A stretch of 64,000 nt of DNA, taken from positions 32,001-96,000 of the forward strand of contig JAZDKJ010000013.1 in the NCBI GenBank assembly GCA_043803105.1, read 5' to 3'. The position numbers and the translations under genes were made by a program. The notes under the pieces were generated by a model. It saw only the letters and a list, made by a program, of their open reading frames with translations, was not told where the DNA came from and did no database searches. Below, in pieces: positions 1 to 9,182 of the stretch; positions within the stretch are counted from its first letter, which is position 1, and every line of letters begins with the position of its first letter. The DNA comes from Candidatus Woesearchaeota archaeon. GTDB lineage: Archaea; Nanobdellota; Nanobdellia; Woesearchaeales; JAZDKJ01.

Positions 1-2
1 AC

Positions 3-2645
3 TGCACAGGACAGAAATGTGGCGGCACTGGCTGGGAATGCTACAATGATGTGCGGGACACGGGCTGCACAAGGTGCCTGGACTGCGACAACAACCAGGC
101 ATGCGACCCAAACATAGACAGCGACAATGACGGCTTTATCGACAGCTGCGATAATTTTGACAATGATGCATGCTCTGTAGTCACCCAAGGCGACAATTGT
201 GACAATAAGTTCAGCATGGGGGGAATCTACGGCAAGGGCTGCGGTAAGAGCAATGATCCCGGCTCAAGTTATTGCACCACATGCGACACTGACTCTGACG
301 GAATAAAAGACTGCCAGGACAAATGCCCAGAGACAACAGACGGGTGCAAGAACTCCATAGGAGTGGTACTCACAAGCGGGGACCCAAGACTAGGCTGCCC
401 AAAGAGCTGCGGCGGCCAATGCCAGAATGACCAAGGGTGCATCTGCGAGAGCTGCGACCAATGCGGTTCTGGAGGGGGCTGCAGCTTTCAAGAGTGCACA
501 AACCAATGCGGGGGCCAGCCATGCTACTTTATCTCGCAGACCATGGGCTCGGATAAATGCGACTTCTGCACAACCAACCCTCCACAATCATGTGAAGATT
601 ACAACAATGCGGAAACATGCAACCTGCATCCATGCGGGAACTTCAAATGTGCATGGACTGAGTGCCGATGGTATGACATTGGGTGCAAGAACTGCAGGCT
701 GGACACGGATGATGACGGAAAGGCGGACATAACAGACAATTGCCCAAATGATTACAATCCCGGCCAACAAGACCAAGACGGTGACGGAAAAGGAGATGCA
801 TGCGAATACTGCAAATACGAAAAAAACATGTTTACACCGGAAACGGAGATAGAAGAAAAATGCACGGACACGAAAGACAATGATTGCGACAGCACAGGCT
901 GGAAAAGCAGCGATGTCGGGAACAGCGAAGACTGCCTTGATGCAGACTGCACGCAGGTCAAAGGATGCCCAGGAGGAAGCTGGCCAAGGGTATGCAAAGA
1001 GGGAGACGATTGGGTCTCGGAAGACCAAAAAACCGTATGCGACGAGGGAGTTCCAGTACAATGCAGCGGCCGAATTCCCTGTCAAAGAAGGTGGGTAAGG
1101 AATTCAGTGTTTTTCTGCAACGAAACGCATTGGATCAATAAGACACAATGCGAGATAATGGGCAGGTGCAACAACGGCTATCATTTTTATCACGGAGGCA
1201 GAAAGGTCTGCAACCTTAACACAGGACAACCGGAAGAAACATTCTGCGGAGACGGCCTAATAACCCAAGGAGAGCAATGCGACGGCAAGAATTGGGGCTC
1301 GATAACAGGATGCACAAGCTTCACAAGCTTTACTGGAGGAAACCTTGAATGCGATGCAGGCTGCACATTTAGCACCACACACTGCACAGGGGGCGACGGA
1401 ACATGCGGGGACGGAGAAGTCCAGCCAGGAGAGGAATGCGAGACCAATGTAGGATTAAGCGATTGCAAAAGCCTTGACACATTTGATCCTGGACAATTAA
1501 GCTGCCACAATTGCAAGTATGACACTACCGAATGCACCAAGGGCGGACAAGGGTACTGCGGAAACGCGGAACTGGACGGCGGCGAGCAATGCGACCCGAG
1601 CAGCGGAATAGAACCACCAGGATGCACAAGGTTTGACAATTTCAACGGTGGAACAACAACATGCACAGAGTGCATGGTGGATGTGGGTGGGTGCAGTGGC
1701 GGAACAAGCGGCACCTGCGGCAACAATAGGGTAAACACGGGAGAGCAATGCGATGGGACAGACTGGGGGCACATAACAGACTGCAAAGACTTCAGGTTCC
1801 TAGGTGGAGTATTAACCTGTTCAAATGACTGCAGGTTTGACACATCAGCCTGCATAGGAGTTGGGAGTTATTGCGGCGACGGATTCATTGACCCTGGGGA
1901 AGACTGCGACGGGACCAATTGGGGGCATAGCATCAATGGATGCAATGACGTGAACAGCAGGTTCACGGGAGGAACGCTCGGTTGCGGGAAAGACTGCCAC
2001 TTTGACACAAACAAATGCTTTGCTCCCGGACAAGGCATCTGCGGGGACAACCAAATCAACGGGGGAGAGGAGTGCGACGGCACCAACCTCAACTGGAAAA
2101 CATGTGTGTCATTCGGATTCCTAGAGAGCACCAACCTAAAGTGCAAAGAATGTAAGTTTGACACGAGCGAGTGTACTTCAAACCAAGCGTATGACCCAGA
2201 TAGCTCAGCACAACTCTGCGAAGAGCTTGTACCAGGGCAACAGGGAACATGTGATGTGCAGGGTGAGTACGGATGCTGGATTACAGACGGGATGGGAGCA
2301 AACAGCAAATGCTGCGGAGATGACTCCACAGCAGATGATTGGATGAACAAGACAGGATTATCAGCATGTTCAGAAGGGGGTTACTGCCTAGACGCTGACT
2401 GCTCTGAACTGCTTTGCAAAAATCGGATAATGGGCACTGGCACAAACTGCGCTCATGAACTCACAAAATGCTGGAGCGAAACAGACAAGGCATGCTGCGG
2501 AGATGATATTCAAGAGAGCTGGAGCTATGAGACAAATCAGGCACTAAACCAGTTATTGGTGGCTCAAACCTGCTACGAAGGCAAATGGTATGACAGGAAC
2601 CAAGGCATCATAACATATTACGGCCTATCAACAATAACGCAATGA
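3..2645 (+). CDS. Large Cys-rich extracellular protein (5'-truncated by window) with TSP type-3 Ca-binding repeats and six CG[DN]...GE.C repeats
   Basis: Frame is open from nt 3; contains DTDDDGKADITDNCPNDYNPGQQDQDGDGKGDAC (TSP3-like), EEKCTDTKDNDCD and tandem ~52-aa 6-Cys repeats. Confidence 0.85.
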   Translation, partial: CTGQKCGGTGWECYNDVRDTGCTRCLDCDNNQACDPNIDSDNDGFIDSCDNFDNDACSVVTQGDNCDNKFSMGGIYGKGCGKSNDPGSSYCTTCDTDSDGIKDCQDKCPETTDGCKNSIGVVLTSGDPRLGCPKSCGGQCQNDQGCICESCDQCGSGGGCSFQECTNQCGGQPCYFISQTMGSDKCDFCTTNPPQSCEDYNNAETCNLHPCGNFKCAWTECRWYDIGCKNCRLDTDDDGKADITDNCPNDYNPGQQDQDGDGKGDACEYCKYEKNMFTPETEIEEKCTDTKDNDCDSTGWKSSDVGNSEDCLDADCTQVKGCPGGSWPRVCKEGDDWVSEDQKTVCDEGVPVQCSGRIPCQRRWVRNSVFFCNETHWINKTQCEIMGRCNNGYHFYHGGRKVCNLNTGQPEETFCGDGLITQGEQCDGKNWGSITGCTSFTSFTGGNLECDAGCTFSTTHCTGGDGTCGDGEVQPGEECETNVGLSDCKSLDTFDPGQLSCHNCKYDTTECTKGGQGYCGNAELDGGEQCDPSSGIEPPGCTRFDNFNGGTTTCTECMVDVGGCSGGTSGTCGNNRVNTGEQCDGTDWGHITDCKDFRFLGGVLTCSNDCRFDTSACIGVGSYCGDGFIDPGEDCDGTNWGHSINGCNDVNSRFTGGTLGCGKDCHFDTNKCFAPGQGICGDNQINGGEECDGTNLNWKTCVSFGFLESTNLKCKECKFDTSECTSNQAYDPDSSAQLCEELVPGQQGTCDVQGEYGCWITDGMGANSKCCGDDSTADDWMNKTGLSACSEGGYCLDADCSELLCKNRIMGTGTNCAHELTKCWSETDKACCGDDIQESWSYETNQALNQLLVAQTCYEGKWYDRNQGIITYYGLSTITQ
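1245..2180 (+). repeat. Six tandem ~52-aa Cys-rich protein repeats (Myxococcus Cys-rich/DUF4215-like)
   Basis: Repeat starts: CGDGLITQGEQCDG, CGDGEVQPGEECE, CGNAELDGGEQCD, CGNNRVNTGEQCDG, CGDGFIDPGEDCDG, CGDNQINGGEECDG. Confidence 0.85.
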
Positions 2646-3769
2646 AAAAAGCACAGTACCAAATATTCATTTACATAGGAAGCGCATTATTAGTAATGCT
2701 GCTACTTGTTTTCAGCTTCAAGGCGATAGAGGCATTCAGATCAAGCCAGAGGTTAGCCACTGTCATAGAATTCGAAGAGAAACTCAAGTCAATAGTGGAC
2801 CTGCTTGAGGGAGATTATGGGAGCGTACAGCAGTTGGAACTAAGAGTGCCGGACGATGTGGACACAGTATGCTTTATAGACCTTTCAAAAAAAGAAGCAC
2901 TTTTGAAGAGCACAATAGTTGAAGCCTATCCAGCAATAAAGAGAAGCATAGAACAAAATGTGCAAAAAAACACCTTCCTTTTGTCAAAAACAAGGATCAG
3001 GGAGTCATTCTACCCCGGGAACCTGTGCCTAAGCAGCCCATACTACAAATGCATAGACACGTCAGACCATTACCTGAAAATCCTGGTAAAAGGAAAACAG
3101 AATTGCGTAGACATAATAAAGCCGCTCCAAGCAATAAAGATCAACAACATAAAAAACATGTCAAAGTATGCCACAAACCCAATTCTTATGATTGAAGAAA
3201 CAGCAGGACAATCCAGGATATTGCAGCTTGTGCCAGTGGCGATCTGGAACAACAAGGCAGGCGGCATTACGAGCTATCCATACTTTGTGTACTTCCAGAA
3301 AGGCACGCCAACAGCAAACGACTTCACGCAATTACTCACAAAGCACCCAAACGCAGGAGAGCTAAGGTTCTTTGGCCAAATACCTGGTGTGCTTGTTCCT
3401 GGAGACAGGATAAAACAGGACAGCCTAGAGGGATATTCAGGGTATTGGGACACAATGGTCGATGTTGTAGTAATAAGCAGTTCTGACACAGAAGGGGCGC
3501 TTGTGAGCTCATTATTCGCATCATTCTTGGTAGCTCCAATGATAACATTGGACGCAGGCAATTATGGTATGTATACAAATTATCTCAAGGACACAAGGGT
3601 CTACATCATTGACAAGGAAGAATTGGACGGGCCGGTAAGGCAGTATATAGACAACAACGCGAAAGAAGTGGTGGATGAATGGGATTACCAAGACCTTCAA
3701 ACCCAGCCTGAGCTAAATCCTTACGTAGCCTTGATGTCACAAATACTGCCATCAATATACATGCACTAA
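2642..3769 (+). CDS. Class III signal peptide (pilin-like) surface protein
   Basis: MKKAQ followed by a hydrophobic helix (IFIYIGSALLVMLLLVF); ATGA overlap with the upstream gene. Confidence 0.7.
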   Translation: MKKAQYQIFIYIGSALLVMLLLVFSFKAIEAFRSSQRLATVIEFEEKLKSIVDLLEGDYGSVQQLELRVPDDVDTVCFIDLSKKEALLKSTIVEAYPAIKRSIEQNVQKNTFLLSKTRIRESFYPGNLCLSSPYYKCIDTSDHYLKILVKGKQNCVDIIKPLQAIKINNIKNMSKYATNPILMIEETAGQSRILQLVPVAIWNNKAGGITSYPYFVYFQKGTPTANDFTQLLTKHPNAGELRFFGQIPGVLVPGDRIKQDSLEGYSGYWDTMVDVVVISSSDTEGALVSSLFASFLVAPMITLDAGNYGMYTNYLKDTRVYIIDKEELDGPVRQYIDNNAKEVVDEWDYQDLQTQPELNPYVALMSQILPSIYMH

Positions 3770-3770
3770 A

Positions 3771-5078
3771 ATGGTGGACAAGAATCTGCTTTCATACATA
3801 AGAGAAAATCTTCGAAGAGGAGTAAGGGTTGAGGCAGTCAGAGCTACATTACTCAAAGAAGGTTACAACCACAAAGAAATAGATCATGCAATAGGCCTTG
3901 AGGCGCCAATAAGACCTCAAGCAAGGGTTGTGACCCAAGCGAAGCAAAAAGAGGCAAAGCGACCAAAGAGTTCTATCAAGGAAGTGTTAGGCAGACTAAT
4001 AGGGCTGTGCATCAAGTACAAGAGGTTTTTGCCTTACGCAATACTTGTGACAATGCTTATTTTGCTTGTCTTCCTTATCATGATGTCAAGGATCAAGCCA
4101 CCTACACTGGAATTCCTTGACCAGGCAACACAAACACCTGTCAGGGGGTCTGTGTTCTACAACGGTGTCTACCTAGGAACCACCACAGGCACATTTAAAG
4201 AGTTGCCGAAGGAATTCTGCGAAGGAGAAGGATTAATCGAGGTATACACAAAGCTAGGAACCATAGCCTGGCGCACAAACAAGAGCGACTGCTCGCACAT
4301 GAGCCTTGTGTTGAACGTCAAGTATGCCGAGATACAAGAGGTTTTCTTCTACGTGACACTGCAATTCCTCACAGAGGAAGATAGGAAACCAGTCAACGGC
4401 ACTCTTTTTATAGACGGAAAAGAGGCTGGAAAAATACAAGGATCGTACCAAATGACCAAAAGTGAATGCCCGCAAGTGCACATACTTAACCTAACAAAAA
4501 TTGAGAATGCAAAGGTGCCAAGAAAACACATGGAATGGCAGCAGAACCCAGCACATTGCGAAGACGAAGTGATAAGATACTGGATACCGGCAAACCTTCC
4601 GGTACCACAAGAGATCCTACCAACAATAAACGTGACCAACAACACAGCCATAATCATGAAGATGCAGCAAGAATATGAGAAAGCATTGCGCGAGTGCAGC
4701 AATTACTGCCCGAACACCACAAACTGCACGCACAAACAAAAAGCAGAGTACTGCTCCAGCTTTGTGAAAGATGCAGACCTGGATGCAAATGGACATGTAG
4801 GAGACTTTATAGCAAACTTCTTCGGAGAATTTGGGGTCTGCGAAGACAGGGTCTATTGCTCACAACTCACGTATTGCCAATGCGACCAGACACTAACATT
4901 CGAAAGCTGCAGACCAATATTGTGCGGCGAATTTGCGCTGCAGAGGATGACAAAAGAAGAGGCAACAGCTGCCCTAAAAGAAACCCTCCAGGAAGGAAGA
5001 TGCCAGGGTGATGAAAGATACAATTACCAACAGTCCTGGTGGAGCAACATGCAAAACAAGCTGAACTGCACCGGGTAA
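3771..5078 (+). CDS. Single-pass membrane protein with two repeated beta domains and a Cys-rich C-terminus
   Basis: One TM segment near aa 86-105; repeats LEFLDQATQTPVRGSVFYNG and LQFLTEEDRKPVNGTLFIDG. Confidence 0.7.
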   Translation: MVDKNLLSYIRENLRRGVRVEAVRATLLKEGYNHKEIDHAIGLEAPIRPQARVVTQAKQKEAKRPKSSIKEVLGRLIGLCIKYKRFLPYAILVTMLILLVFLIMMSRIKPPTLEFLDQATQTPVRGSVFYNGVYLGTTTGTFKELPKEFCEGEGLIEVYTKLGTIAWRTNKSDCSHMSLVLNVKYAEIQEVFFYVTLQFLTEEDRKPVNGTLFIDGKEAGKIQGSYQMTKSECPQVHILNLTKIENAKVPRKHMEWQQNPAHCEDEVIRYWIPANLPVPQEILPTINVTNNTAIIMKMQQEYEKALRECSNYCPNTTNCTHKQKAEYCSSFVKDADLDANGHVGDFIANFFGEFGVCEDRVYCSQLTYCQCDQTLTFESCRPILCGEFALQRMTKEEATAALKETLQEGRCQGDERYNYQQSWWSNMQNKLNCTG

Positions 5079-5110
5079 GATTTAAAAGTGCAAAAGAATT
5101 CTAGGGAAGA

Positions 5111-5839
5111 ATGGAATTTGAGGAAACGCTAAGGGTCATAGAAATCACTGAAGAGACCCCAGACGTGAAAACGTATACATTGGAGAAGGGAAAGGTAGAC
5201 TTTATACCGGGGCAATATGCCCTAATATCGCTCCCTGATCTTGAGCAGGTGAGAGAAGAGGAAAGACCGTTCACCTTCGCCTGCTCACCCGCTAGAAATT
5301 ACGTGGCGCTCACAATAAAAAAGACAGGATTCTTCACTGGCATCATCCACAAACAAATCAGGAAAGGCAACAGCCTAAGGCTGAGAGGACCTTTTGGAGA
5401 ATCACTCAACATTGACATGGCTGCAAAGAGGATTGCGCTCATTGCAGGCGGTTCTGGAATAACACCTTTCAAAAGCATGATAGACTATGTGTTAGATAAA
5501 CAGCTCAATATGGAAGTATGCCTCTTTTTCTCCAACAGAACAGAAGAAGACATAATATACAGGAAACAATTCGACAAGATACTTCAAGAAAACATCAAGA
5601 TAGTCTGCACGCTAACCAACGAAAAACCAGAAGGATGGAAAGGAGAATTGGGATTTATAAATGCAGAAATGATACAAAGGCACCTTGAAAAACCAAGAGA
5701 ATGGCTGTACTATTTCTGCGGGCCGCCTCCAATGATATCAGCAGTAAAGCAATCGCTGATTGGCATCGGGATTACTGAAGACAGATTTAGGATAGAGGAC
5801 TGGATGGTTCCGGGAAAGCACGACAAAACTAACGCTTAG
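5111..5839 (+). CDS. FNR-family FAD/NAD(P)-binding oxidoreductase
   Basis: Motifs FIPGQY, RPFT, GPFG, IAGGSGITPF, YFCGPPPM. Confidence 0.9.
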   Translation: MEFEETLRVIEITEETPDVKTYTLEKGKVDFIPGQYALISLPDLEQVREEERPFTFACSPARNYVALTIKKTGFFTGIIHKQIRKGNSLRLRGPFGESLNIDMAAKRIALIAGGSGITPFKSMIDYVLDKQLNMEVCLFFSNRTEEDIIYRKQFDKILQENIKIVCTLTNEKPEGWKGELGFINAEMIQRHLEKPREWLYYFCGPPPMISAVKQSLIGIGITEDRFRIEDWMVPGKHDKTNA

Positions 5840-6920
5840 CAAGCACTCTCTCTTTCGCAATCTGCATTGCAGCCTGTCTCGGCAGAAAAGCCTTTGAGGC
5901 AGCCAATTCAAGGACTGTTTTGGTATTGGAAGAGACTTTCTTCTCGACTAACTCAAACATCTCTTTATCAGAGCCTCCTTTGTACTCAACGTAAGAGCTT
6001 ATGACTCCGCCTGCATTAGCAACAAAATCTGGCACAACAAGAACTCCCTTCTTATGGAGTGCTTCTTCCACATAATTTCCCATAGGGATGTTACTGCCTT
6101 CCACAATGAGCTTGAACTTCAGCCTGGAAACATCTGCCTGCTTAATGAGATCTGGGACAGCAGCAGTGATGAGTATATCTGCCGGAACATCAAGGATGCT
6201 ATTGTAACCTGATTTTGACGCAGTCATGTAATTAATGACAGAGCCAGTGTCCTTCTTGACCTTGGCAAGAGAATCAAAATCCAGGCCGGCCTTGTCATAA
6301 ACAACACCTTTGCTATCTGACACAGAAACTATAGTGGCACCATAAGAAGCCAGATGCATTGCTGCAAACCAACCAACATTACCAAAGCCTTCAATCGCCA
6401 CTGTTGAACCCAACAAGTCCAGGCTGGCAAAAGGAGCAGCGACCCTTACAGAATGAAAAACACCAAAGCCAGTGCTCCCAAGCTCATGAGGCAGCCCAGC
6501 CATAGACCTGGGCTTGCCTGTACAGCTCTTCAGGCTGCCATTAGCATCTGCAAACCAAGCCATTTCCTGCTCGGCAGTATTCATGTCAGGTGCAGCAACA
6601 TAAAGATAAGGGCAAACAGGCTTAATAGCCTTAGAAAAAGCCTTGATTATTTGCTCTTTGGTTTGCCTAAGCATGTTATGATCATATGCGATAATTCCAG
6701 ACTTTGCACCACCAAAGGGAAGGCCTGCGATAGAGCATTTCCAAGTCATTACCCGGGCGAGCCTTGCAGTCTCATCAACAGTAACAGAAGGAGTAAGCCT
6801 TATGCCTCCTTTGCCAGGACCAAGCACTGTATTATCTATAACCACAAAACCTTTCATTCCGGACTGTGAATCGTAGACGGTCAGAATCTTTTCTGGACCA
6901 AACTCATCATAATCAACCAC
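5829..6920 (-). CDS. gdhA: Glu/Leu/Phe/Val dehydrogenase (glutamate dehydrogenase-like)
   Basis: Motifs GPGKGGIR, MTWK, GGAKSG, APDMNT, GFGNVG, PDFVANAGGV; GTG start at 6920 follows a GGGGTG SD. Confidence 0.85.
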   Translation of the reverse strand: MVDYDEFGPEKILTVYDSQSGMKGFVVIDNTVLGPGKGGIRLTPSVTVDETARLARVMTWKCSIAGLPFGGAKSGIIAYDHNMLRQTKEQIIKAFSKAIKPVCPYLYVAAPDMNTAEQEMAWFADANGSLKSCTGKPRSMAGLPHELGSTGFGVFHSVRVAAPFASLDLLGSTVAIEGFGNVGWFAAMHLASYGATIVSVSDSKGVVYDKAGLDFDSLAKVKKDTGSVINYMTASKSGYNSILDVPADILITAAVPDLIKQADVSRLKFKLIVEGSNIPMGNYVEEALHKKGVLVVPDFVANAGGVISSYVEYKGGSDKEMFELVEKKVSSNTKTVLELAASKAFLPRQAAMQIAKERVLAKR

Positions 6921-6951
6921 GCAAACACCCCGCAAAAATTAAAAGAAAAAT

Positions 6952-6993
6952 TTACTTAGACTTCTTTTTTGTTCCGCAACATCCGCAACCCAT
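6952..6993 (-). CDS. 13-aa micro-ORF MGCGCCGTKKKSK
   Basis: AGGAGGTGA SD 5 nt before the ATG, TTTAAAA box at 7038-7044, U-rich tract after the stop. Confidence 0.6.
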   Translation of the reverse strand: MGCGCCGTKKKSK

Positions 6994-7054
6994 TTATGTC
7001 ACCTCCTATTTAGTATGTGCAATGAATACAGACATGCTTTTAAATGTTGCTTAT

Positions 7055-7684
7055 CTATTTTAAAACCTGCCCTGTTTTCATGTACCACAAGTAAAGGTCA
7101 AGCTCAGCAAGCGACATGCCTAGCTCTTGTGCGAGCAACCTCAGCTTTTTCTCAATAACAAGGTAAACCCTCTTGGTAACAGTCTTTGGCCTGGTAATAA
7201 GACCATATTCAACCAAGACATTGATAATATGCCTGTCAACGATGGCAAGATCGGTGCAGCCAGTGTTGCGCAAGAAATGTGAGGCTTCCTTATAGCCAAG
7301 GCCTTTGATGTTCTTCACGAGCCAAACCCTTGCTTGGTCTTCACTTGATTTTAACAGAGCAGAAATCTTATCCTTGATATCCAGGTGATTTCTTGCACCT
7401 ACAATAAAGGCTGTCTTGTTGTTGTGGAAACGGTGCTTGTGCTTCACAATACATTTTTTCACGTCAGCAGCAGATGCGCTACAGAAACCATTAGCCCCAA
7501 GATCTGCTTGTATGGCAAGAGATGTCTTTGCCTTGGAATTGGCTGTAAGAAGGCAGAAACAGAGCTCAGAAAACCACTCTTTTGGAGCCTTCTTATCAAA
7601 GCTCTTGAACTGCCTTAACCTTTTCTCAACCTGAGTTCCTACAGGGCCGTGGCTTAAACGTTTTGTCTCAGCGATAAGGCTCAT
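7055..7684 (-). CDS. ogg: 8-oxoguanine DNA glycosylase/AP lyase (Ogg2 type)
   Basis: Motifs ELCFCLLTAN, KGLGYKEASHFLRN, AIVDRH, DLYLWY..TG. Confidence 0.92.
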   Translation of the reverse strand: MSLIAETKRLSHGPVGTQVEKRLRQFKSFDKKAPKEWFSELCFCLLTANSKAKTSLAIQADLGANGFCSASAADVKKCIVKHKHRFHNNKTAFIVGARNHLDIKDKISALLKSSEDQARVWLVKNIKGLGYKEASHFLRNTGCTDLAIVDRHIINVLVEYGLITRPKTVTKRVYLVIEKKLRLLAQELGMSLAELDLYLWYMKTGQVLK

Positions 7685-7905
7685 ATTCCGAGATAAATCG
7701 AACTAGCAAGAAAGCCATGAACAAATGCCAACACGATCGAAATAGCTGCCATTCTTGGGTGCCAGACAAAAGGCACGTAACTAATTCCTCTCTTGTTCAA
7801 GACTGATATAGAGGCAGTGAACAAAAAAGAAAGCAAGGTAAGCACGCCCATATATGCAACAAAAGGTAGACCAAAAATCATACTATAGGCAATCTGGCTA
7901 ATCAT
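7681..7905 (-). CDS. Small 2-TM membrane protein
   Basis: Two hydrophobic helices with WH and HG histidines; GAGGTG SD. Confidence 0.65.
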   Translation of the reverse strand: MISQIAYSMIFGLPFVAYMGVLTLLSFLFTASISVLNKRGISYVPFVWHPRMAAISIVLAFVHGFLASSIYLGI

Positions 7906-7913
7906 AGTACACC

Positions 7914-8459
7914 TCAAGAGCAATCCTTACAGCCTGGCTCAAAGCACAAGCAGGCAGGCTCATAGTATTCCCTCGGATGCTTGCATGACGGACAGGTCAG
8001 GGGAGGCTCTGTGCCAACATGAACACAGCCGCACTTTGAGCATTTCCAAGAGATTGGCTTATCACGCTTGAACACCATGCCTTTCTCAACAAGCTCGAGC
8101 AATTTCCTGTAACGAGCCTCGTGATGGGCTTCGACCTCACCGATTTCCTTAAACAAAGTGGCAGCGTCCTTATTGCCTTCAGCCAAGGCTTCTTTCTCGA
8201 AACCTGGGTACATGCTTGAGGTTTCGTAGTGCTCACCTTCAATAGCAGCCAGAAGATTAGCCTTGGTATTGCCCAGCAATTTCAAGCGCTTGAACTCATC
8301 CTTGGCATGCTGCATCTCATTTAATGCAGTCTCCTCGAAAATGCGCGCAATATATTGAAATCCCTCAGCCTCAGCAATCTTGGCAAAATAGGTGTACTTA
8401 TTCCTGGCCTGGCTCTCGCCAGCAAATGCAGCCTTCAAATTATCATCAGTCTTGCTCAT
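7914..8459 (-). CDS. rbr: Rubrerythrin
   Basis: AFAGESQA, ExxH pairs, and a CxxC...CPxC rubredoxin-like domain. Confidence 0.93.
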   Translation of the reverse strand: MSKTDDNLKAAFAGESQARNKYTYFAKIAEAEGFQYIARIFEETALNEMQHAKDEFKRLKLLGNTKANLLAAIEGEHYETSSMYPGFEKEALAEGNKDAATLFKEIGEVEAHHEARYRKLLELVEKGMVFKRDKPISWKCSKCGCVHVGTEPPLTCPSCKHPREYYEPACLCFEPGCKDCS

Positions 8460-8558
8460 GAACCCAACCTCCGGTAGGAATGATGGATTATTGGTATTTA
8501 ATTGTTATGTTTTGAAAAACAGCAATAATTTTAAATCGTGCACCAAACCAGAGAACAG

Positions 8559-9182
8559 ATGCAAACAACTGAGGAGATGAAACGAGAGTATCCAGGTGCC
8601 CTAGTCATAAGAAAAACAGTGGGGCTTATAGGCAGGATAGACAGGTGCAATCCTCTTCTTGAACAGGCAAAAAGGGAAGCAGAACAGGAGATCAGACAGA
8701 AGTTCAAAAGCCTTGAGGATTATAGGATAAGGGCATACCAAAAATTCTACAAAAGTTTAGGATTAGACGAGTCACATATGAGGTCGCAAATCAAGGGCAT
8801 AATCAAAGGAAAGGAGATGCCTGTTCTAAGCACATTGATCGACAGCCTGGTAATACCTGAGCTAAAATATTGCATACTAATCGGAGGCCATGACAAGGCA
8901 AAGGTAAAGGGAGAAATGACAGCCTGTATAGCAGGAGAGAATGAGCGCTACATGGGGATAGGAAACAGGGAGCTTACAATCCCAAAGGGAGACATAATAG
9001 TAAGGGATGAAGAGTCAATAATAGCGAGCATAACGATGGGCCCGAGCGAAAGGACAAAACTTGGAACAGATACAAAGCAGGCAGAGATACTAGCATGGAC
9101 TGTTCCTGGAATAGGCAAAGAGGTTGCAGAACTGGCCTTGGAAGAGTGTGAAGAAAACATCAAGAGGTTTTGCAGTCAATAG
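8559..9182 (+). CDS. B3/B4 (PheRS beta editing-like) domain protein
   Basis: Motifs AYQKFYKSLG, LID, GGHD, GDIIVRDE, ERTKL; TATA box at 8529-8536. Confidence 0.7.
   Translation: MQTTEEMKREYPGALVIRKTVGLIGRIDRCNPLLEQAKREAEQEIRQKFKSLEDYRIRAYQKFYKSLGLDESHMRSQIKGIIKGKEMPVLSTLIDSLVIPELKYCILIGGHDKAKVKGEMTACIAGENERYMGIGNRELTIPKGDIIVRDEESIIASITMGPSERTKLGTDTKQAEILAWTVPGIGKEVAELALEECEENIKRFCSQ

Noticed and set aside
390-2350. Long antisense ORFs here and elsewhere in the ORF track
   Set aside because: They are shadows of real genes caused by codon bias and carry no motifs.
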